A DNA stretch of 64,000 nucleotides from Lepidodermella squamata (Eukaryota > Animalia > Gastrotricha), in NCBI GenBank assembly GCA_047495785.1, contig JBLDXI010000024.1:3162001-3226000 (forward strand). Reading direction: 5' to 3'. The notes beneath the pieces were generated by a model. That model was not told the origin of the DNA. It made no database searches and worked only from the letters and a program-made list of their open reading frames with translations. Of the stretch, positions 56,090-64,000 are shown one piece after another; within the stretch, counting starts at the first letter, position 1; every line of letters begins with the position of its first letter. The position numbers and the translations under genes were made by a program.

Positions 56090-58560
56090 ATGGCTTCTTC
56101 AGCATATGCTGCTTTTTGGGCCTTGATCTTTGTGCTCGGGAATGTGAAAGGTAAGTGATACAGGATAAATAGCCAAAATTAAAGGTTCCGTTTCAGCTGA
56201 TCTGCAAATAATCGATAATGCCAACTGGCAGCCCATCCCTGAGCAGACATATCAGAACGGGAATAAAGGTTGTAACATTCATTTATATCAAATAAATGCT
56301 TGACTCCGGTCTCGTATTCTGGTGTATTTTCAAACAGCGAATTGGGAATTTGTGAGTAGTCCCTCGATTACCCAGCCAGCTGGTTCAACCGACGTCCGTC
56401 TGGTTGATAGGACAACCACGAAAGGCATTCAAGAGTCAGGATTTTGGAGTAAAACCGTGAGTTGAAGGTATTCAAATGATAAAATTGATATAATGATATG
56501 TTCTTATTTAAAATTTAGCCTCTAAATTCAATATCAAACATATATATTAGGATCGAGTTGGAATTCATACCTGGTACTGGTACTGGTACTGTGAGATCTC
56601 CTGGCGTCGCCATTTTTTTCGTTTCAAACAAGACGGTGGCGAGACCTCCAGGTCCAACCATTTCGAAATACGGTGTGCTTGAGAAAAAGGGACAGTTCGT
56701 CGGATTTGGGATTTTCATGAACCCGTATGCAACAAAAATTCACACTGTAGCAAGCAGAACAAAGGATACATCTGACAAAGTTGATGTTCTCAACGAAGGC
56801 GAGGGCTACGACTTTGCTCACGAATTCGATAATACGTGCACCAATAATTTTGACGCTGAATATTTGAAATCAAGATTAACTGTCGAGATCTACACGACTA
56901 ATAATGGTAATCAGCTATGGGTAAGTAATCCACAAAATTTGATCTAGCATATCTAATTTATATGATTAAGGCGAATTTCGCGAAGAACGGCGAGTCAGGT
57001 ATCAAACAATGCGATGTGAGGGATCGTAATATCAATGAATGGTTGATACCGAAAGAAGCGTGGCCGATCACTTTCGGGATTGGCGCTCGTAATTCGGGCG
57101 AAAAGGCGGATGAAATACGCCTGAAAAGCATCGTTTACTACTCAACAGTTCGCCTATCGACAGCGTCTACGTCAACCACAACAACATTCACTAGTACTAC
57201 AACAACAACTACTACTACCCCAGCATCCAGCACAACCATATCATCGCGACCATCAACAAGTATCTCCCCGTTTTCGACCTCGGCTGCAGGAAGTACAGCG
57301 CAGACGACGGCATCTAGCGTCACTAACTCAGAGGCTGCGAAAACAGTGACAGAATCAGTTGCCGCGCCAACAAGTACAACGCCTAAAACCATACCATCGC
57401 AGATTTTGGATCAAACTACGCCAATGGCTGCTCTAAACGCTTCATCCGGATTATCTTCACTGTACCCGAGTGATCTACCAGCGGAAACTCCCAAGCCGGT
57501 TATCACAGCGAAACAAGTCACTGAAGAATGCGACGACTTCGCGCCAGATCGAGCAGCGCCTCCGAACAACGGTAAACCCAACCCAATAACCATCGCATTC
57601 AGCGTCGAGCGAATCAACGATATCGACGACGTTGCGGAAACCTTTTCAGTTTACGGGGTCCTACTCTTGATGTGGAGTGTTACAACCTGCCCGAAGACAA
57701 GCACAGTCGCGAATCTTCGGCGAACCGAACGAATGTTCGTCGCTACGGCCGATCAAGTCTGGATTCCACCGCTGCAGTTCATAACCAGCGACACGAACGT
57801 ATTCATGAAGGGCGACGAATTTGGCGACGATCTTTTAGCGGTCCATACTCTACCAAACGGCCAACCAAACCGAACCTTGAGTTTCTTTTGGACTCGGAGT
57901 GGAATATTCCGGGTCGCCTGTAGCTTGAACCTTCGAAAGTTCCCGTTCGATAGCCAAACCTGTTACTTCACCTTCGCGCTTCAGCGATCACTTGATCTCG
58001 CATTTTTCAACGAACCTTACATGTTTCTGTCAAGTGAGGACGGTGACATTTGGAAGATCGATAGCTACAAAACAGACCAAGGCTTTACAATTCTTCACTC
58101 AAACGCGAATAACGCGACAACAGTGACGTTCAGCATAACGTTAACCCGCCTTTATGGGTATTATGTTGTCAATTCGATTCTACCATCCATCGCCCTGGCT
58201 TTGCTGAGTCTATTTTCATTTTTAATTTCGCCCGATACTGCGGAGAGGCCTACGTTCACCGTGACGATTCTTCTAGCACTCTGCGTGAGCCAAAGCGAGG
58301 CGAATAACAACATCCCTAGAACTTCGCAGGAGGTGCTACTGCCGCAGTACCTGCTTCTGTTGACTTTCTTCTCGGTGGTGTGTACTCTGTATCAACTGCT
58401 GACAGTTTGGTTGGTTTACATTCGCGAGGAGAAGTTTACTGAACAAGGGAGGTGTGGCAAGCTAACGCTGATTGGATTTATCGATCTGGTTGGGTTCGGT
58501 GTTTCTGTTGCTATTCTTCTAGCAATTCACGCCTATGCTTTCACCATCATCAAGCCTTGA
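56090..58560 (+). CDS. Cys-loop ligand-gated ion channel with N-terminal L-type-lectin-like domain and Ser/Thr-rich stalk, 5 exons, 747 aa
   Basis: Exons 56090-56150, 56197-56268, 56338-56456, 56519-56920, 56971-58560; all introns GT-AG and in frame. Signal peptide; pLGIC motifs INDIDD, VWIPPL, CSLNLRKFPFDSQTC, LTRLYGYY, AERPTFTVTILL, IPRTS. Confidence 0.88.
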
Positions 58561-58649
58561 ACATCAAAAAACTGAAAAATCAAAATCAGATTATAAACAA
58601 CTGAGTACATATCAATTGTTAGTTCAATTAGGTGGTAACCTTGACAAAC

Positions 58650-58906
58650 CGTCATAACAGCAAAAGCGACAAAACAGCAAATTGCGACATAACAGCCGAA
58701 ACACGATGAATATTTTACATAATACCTAAGCGTTTGCAGTTTTGTCGCATTCGCTGTTCTGCGCAGTTGCTGTTTTGTCGTCTTACATTAATCTTTGGTT
58801 ATTTTGGTTATTTTTCTCATGTCAATGTTGTTGCCCAATTCCTATTAGTATAAAGTTGAAACTATCGACCTGCGTAATTGCTAAAATGTCACTGCTGAAA
58901 TGTCGG
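58650..58906. repeat. Decayed inverted-repeat element fragments
   Basis: cgacaaaacagcaa (58667-58680) is inverted at 58767-58780. tgtcactgctgaaatgtc (~58887-58904) matches the arm of the 54.4-kb element. Confidence 0.45.
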
Positions 58907-58970
58907 AAGACGATTTTATTTCAACTGCGTGAAAAAAATGAAAAAAAAACTGTAAAAAATAACTACTCAT

Positions 58971-60008
58971 TCATTTCTTTTCACTTTTTCCTTTCGTTGT
59001 CTTGGTTTTATCGTTATTATTGCCAACAGTGGATTTCGCTTCTTTCTCACTGCTTTTGCCAGGCTTTTCAGCCTTATTACTTTCCACTGGAGCAGAATTG
59101 GTCGAACTAGATTGTGCCGCTGTTGCAGTGATCGGATTTTCTGCAGTTTCGGTTTTAGGGTGCTCAATGAAACCAGGGTACAGGCGATACACCCACCCAG
59201 GCGGAATTACAGCTTTCCTCCTAGGCTGGTAAATTCTCCCTGGCAATGCCTTCTTTTCAGCAACAGATAATCGCTTCTTTTGAATCGTCCCAGCTGCTGC
59301 AGTTGAGCTGGGTACTTGGGTTCCAGCGCTGGTACCAGGCTCCTGGCCTTCGTCCTCCTCGTAGTAATAGTCGTCATCATAGTCGTAACTTTCGCCCTCC
59401 TCTTCTTCGATGATCGAGATCCAATACGCTTGTTTTATCGCCATTAGGCCAGTAAGGATTCCGAAAACCCAGCCGATAAGGATAGGAGCCATTATCAGTT
59501 GAGCTAATCCGCACATTAAGCAGATTGTGAACACCTTACAGCGTAGGAACATTGGCACTTCGAAGGTATAGTCGGAGAAACCGAGCCATTTGAAGCTGAA
59601 TAAAATGGTTCCCAAACCAGGGACGAGTAGATTCATTATAAGAAGCGTCCAGGCAGAGATGAAATGCAGCCGAGGTAGCCATAAACTGGTCGAAAAAATC
59701 TCAATCAATGGATAATTTTTCACATTTTTCAAAATTTACTGGAAAAATTGGTAGCCCCATGGCATAGTTGGAGGCTCGTATCTTGGCTCTTCAGGCTGTT
59801 GGTTTTGGCTTGAAGCGTTGTGAGATTCACTTTCGACGTCAGTTATCACAACATCGTTAGATTTCTTCACTTCTTTCTGACCAGCTGCCGGCTTATCGTT
59901 CGCAGGTTTTTCTGGCTTCAGCTCATTTTCGTCTTTAGGTTGAGATTTCGTCTCGTTTTGAGCCTCAACATCGGACGATTTTTTGTGCGTGACTTGATTA
60001 TTGCCCAT
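58971..60008 (-). CDS. Stum/SPEC3-family membrane protein, copy 1, 2 exons
   Basis: Exons 60008-59740 and 59685-58971. WLPRLH..NLLVPGLGTILFS and GLAQLIMAPILIGWVFGILTG match the Stum/SPEC3 pattern N...PG.GT / G..QL..AP...GW.WS. Confidence 0.75.
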
Positions 60009-60139
60009 TTTTCATATAAAAATCTAAAATTTACAAAAATTATTCTAAAATTTATTTCATGAATTATAAAAAAATTCAGGAAGAAAAATGGGAAATGGCC
60101 AAGTTCAGATATATTTGAATTTTTTCAGGTTTTTCCCCC

Positions 60140-61441
60140 TCATTTTTTCGTTTTTTCAGCCTCGATTTTCTCGTTGTTCTTGTTATCCAATCTGGGCGTC
60201 GATCTTGCATCAACGGTTACGCTCGACGGCGAAACTGATCCATTGTTTCTAGGCGCCGGGCTGATCGAAGTATTGGATTTTCGTGAAGTTGAACTCGTTC
60301 TCGAGTGGGAAGTTTCCGGTGCGTTCAGGTGTTTCGGATCACGTGCTTTATTGCCCTGGCCTTGTTGTCGTGACCTGGTTCGTTTTCCAGCCGTTCCGTT
60401 GTTCTCAGCTCGCTGCTGTTCTTCGGGTGGCGGAAATGGATACAAACGATAAACCCAACCTGTTTTTTTTGAAAATTAAAAAAAATTAATTATATTTTGA
60501 AAATTAACTGAAAAAATTTGTATTTAATTTTTGAAAAATAATTTTTTAAAGTTTTAAATAAAAATAACTTAAAATGTTGTAGTCTTCAGAGAAATTTTAA
60601 ATTTCGATTTTGGATTTGTTGAAAGAGAGAAAAATGTCAACAAAAAATTGCCTGGTGGGGGAGATTCGGGTGGAGTTGGTGGACGCGTCGCGGGTTTCCA
60701 CACTTGCTTTGGCTTATCGCCATTTTTCTTCTGTCCTTTGCTCTCTTCCTCGCCATTTTCACCTCCATCGCCTTCCTCCTTAATCGGATTCATCCCAGCT
60801 CTCATTTTCGCCTCACGATTCTCCATTATTTGAATCCCTTGAAACATAATTTCAGAATCCTCATTTTATGGCTGAATGATGAATGATGAAGACTTACATC
60901 TGGCCTGCTTTATAGCGATATAGCCCGTGAGAATGGCCCAGACCCAGCCGAAAATGAACGGCGCTAAAATCAACTGGGCGATGCCGTACAGTACGCCAAT
61001 CGAAGCGACGGACCAGCGTTGTTTTTTCGTTGTTGGAACGGCAAAATCTTTGCCGTCGAGCCAAGACAGGCTGAAGAAAAGCGTCCCGAGACCGGGTAGG
61101 AAAATGTTAACCAATAGGAGCAGGACAGAGGAACCGTGATGCAGTCTAGGCAGCCAGTCTCTAAAATTAGAGAATAAAATTTTATTTAATTCAAAAGTAT
61201 TTCGGCATTTTAAAATTTGAAATTCGATAAATAGGACAAAAATTTACCCGTATCCGAAAAATTTGTATCCGAAAGGTAAACCAGCACCAGATTGGCTCGC
61301 CGTGCTGTTTCGTCGACTCGGCGGCTGGACTACAACATCAGGCGGGTTTTGCTTTTCTTCCGAGGGTTTCTCGCCAGCTTCGCCCCGTTCAGCCTCATCA
61401 CTCCCATCGTCCTTCTTCGGCAACGGGCTGGAAGACAGCAT
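60140..61441 (-). CDS. Stum/SPEC3-family membrane protein, copy 2, 4 exons
   Basis: Exons 61441-61248, 61160-60898, 60837-60652, 60459-60140. NIFLPGLGT and GIAQLILAPFIFGWVWA. Splicing of a GC-AG intron recreates PPGWVYRLYP, as in copy 1. Confidence 0.75.
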
Positions 61442-62560
61442 TGAAAAATTTACGTTAAAACTCTAATTTTTGGCCAAATAAATTAGGCTAAAAAACCTGA
61501 TGAATTGTTTAGATAGCAACTGCTCGCGGATTTGGGCTGTTGATGTCATTTTTTTCAGCAGTATTTTCCGCAGGAAAAATGTGAATCTACAAGATACTTT
61601 AGGATGAATAGCGCAGTTTTTTCGCGCTCATTCATTCGGCGATATGCGTAACGACTTTTTTATGAATAAAAACAGCCAACAGTTCGTTGCTCAAGGCCTT
61701 TGATGAAAGGATTCGCTTTCATAAAAGACAAAACCGAACTACGTAGGTGTTTACTTCAGGAATTAAAGATGCGTGGGTTGAGCTTTTGGGGTAAAAATAA
61801 ACACTAGCCAGAGAATCCCGAAAAAATGATCTGAATAATTATCCAAAAAAATTCGAAAATTAACTGAATTCTGAATTGCCGTGATGAGAGGTTACCAAGT
61901 CAGAAATAAAAAATAAAAAATGTCAAAAAGCGCGCGCATTTTCAACAAAATGTGACCGGAGAAAATTTTTTATTTTTCAATTTCCACGATTTTTTATTTG
62001 ATGCTGAATTTCACTCTCCGCCTAAAGCTCGTGTCGGTATTCTAGTTAAATCAGCTATTTTGCGCATAATTTTTCAAAATTCTGCAACTTTTCTTGTAAT
62101 TTCGGTTTCACGCGTTCCCGTTAGTTTATTTTGGGTGTTGGTTTGATCGTCATTTTAATGGTATTAAAATCATGACAAGCACGTGCTATAATGTTCTCCT
62201 ATTTTCTGTGACGTTTTAGCTTTTTTCGGTTCTTTTCGAGCTTTCAAAGGGCGGATAGGAGATGAAAGCGCCATGAAGCCGGTGCGGCTAGGCACGTGAA
62301 TATGATGCAGTTTTTTCTCCGTAGAACCTGAATATATGAAAAACTCACTCCCACTCCGCCTACACTTATACCGTTTCTTACTAAAGGCTGGGATTAACTA
62401 CCACGCCTGGTTATTTTTTCCTAGAAATTAATAGCGCGGGCGTAGCAGAAATTTAGAAAATTAGAACTTGCCGAATTCTCGCAAATTTTTCGAAATAAAG
62501 GAAAATCACTAAAATCGAAGAATGAGTACCTAATGCTATCACTAGCGGATATTTGCCAAT

Positions 62561-64000
62561 ATGGGATCGTCATCTTCCAAAGAAAGATGGTGAGTAGTTT
62601 GATTCGAATTTGATTATATTTAATTTGAATCTCTTATTTAGGGTTTTTCCGATAAAAGAAGCCGTGCGGCAAGTTGTTCCTCCCGAGGAATACGCCGATC
62701 AAGACGATTTACAGGACGTTCTCGATGATGAACTCGCAACGGTTCGAGCTATCGAATTCGCCGAGTCTAACAACGGCGAGAAACTGCCGCCTGGTGAAAA
62801 GCCGAAACAGCCCATAAAAACATCCAAAACAACACTCAAATTCTACAAGTTTTTCTCGTCAGTTTTCAGCTATCATCATGCAGCCAAAATTTTAACGAAA
62901 TTCTGGTTTATTTCAGAGACTGGCTGCCTCGATTAGCCTACGGACCGGCAGTTGCGTTGTTGATGATCAATACTTTCTTACCTGGAATAGGTAGGTTTTC
63001 ATCTCAAAAAAAAAGTTGATTTAAAATGTGGGAAATTCGGCTAACAATTAAAAAAATTTAATTGAAATCTTTGGAATTTGTTTATGATTTTTCGAAAAAT
63101 TAAATTTGTCTTCAATATTCATTCAAAATAATTTTCAATTTTTATTTAATTATTTTAATTATTAAGTTTTTTAATTTTAGGTACCATGCTATTTTCGTTC
63201 AAGTGGTTTTCGGCCGAGGATTTTATTATACCGACGACAAGGTCACAACGCAGCGCCATTGTGTTGACCTGCCTGCTTTATGGGGTCATGCAGCTGCTTT
63301 TGGCACCTTTCCTATTCGGTTGGGTATGGTCAATCGTCACCGGCATCCTCGCAATCCAACAAGCTAAATGTAAATTTGAACTTCGGAGAGTTTCGAAAAT
63401 TTCAAAATTTTTAAATTTATTTCCATCAATTTCTATGAATTTATACGAATTAAATTTTTGGTCGCTCAGCCTCCTAATTAAAATTCGTTGGAATTTTTTT
63501 AATTTCGTAAAATTCTCCAATTTTTGTAATTTTGAGGCTCTTGGTAAGTTTGAGAAGTTTCCTACTACAACGTTTTTTTCATGAATCACAGCGTGAGCTA
63601 CCTGCACTTTATTTCGGGCAAAAACTACTAAGCAACACAGACTTATGATTCATTATTTTTTATGGTTTTTTTATTTACTTTCAGGGGTCTCTCTCACCGA
63701 GTCCTATTCAAGCGTCATTGAACAGCGCATGAAAGAGATGATGAACGAGCGGACGCAGGCGGCGCGCGCTCAAGGCCGCCTCATTCACTCTGGCCCGCTG
63801 AGCGACATATCTAGACCATCGACATCAAATCAGCATTCAGCCACCATTCGACGCCCCGTAATTGAACAACCGCTGCCGAGTAACCAAGGACGCGCCAACC
63901 TGCCAGAACAAGTGCCCTATGCCGAGCCAGCATCGCCAACAAAGCCCACGCCGCCCCCTCGACCGAAACCGCCCAATGTCGAGATGACGAATAACTTTGT
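62561..64000 (+). CDS. Stum/SPEC3-family membrane protein, copy 3; 3' end runs out of the window
   Basis: Exons 62561-62589, 62642-62857, 62916-62990, 63181-63369, 63685->64000. MGSSSSK start, DWLPRL, NTFLPGIGT, GVMQLLLAPFLFGWVWS, Pro-rich tail. Confidence 0.75.

Overview
A gene-dense piece of a compact invertebrate (metazoan) genome with very short spliceosomal introns, mostly 45-60 nt; the ORF track breaks most genes into exon fragments. I rebuilt about 21 genes by hand from splice sites. From 5' to 3': three tandem intronless GABA-B-type class C GPCRs; a 10-exon AMPA-type glutamate receptor with a foldback MITE in intron 2 and a complete same-strand aldo-keto reductase gene in intron 6; four tandem PLC-delta-like phospholipases; a fourth, divergent class C GPCR; three ankyrin/SOCS-box genes (one frameshifted); a nuclear receptor with two tandem DNA-binding domains; a divergent Cys-loop channel; a second AKR; two prominin-like genes; a Cys-loop channel fused to an N-terminal L-type-lectin-like domain through a mucin-like stalk; and three Stum/SPEC3-like genes. 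The best candidates for something new are the lectin-stalk-pLGIC fusion (56090-58560), the AMPA-like receptor with a genomically encoded Arg at the Q/R site and a nested gene, and the double-DBD nuclear receptor. All family assignments come from recognising motifs by eye, and all exon structures are predictions without transcript data.
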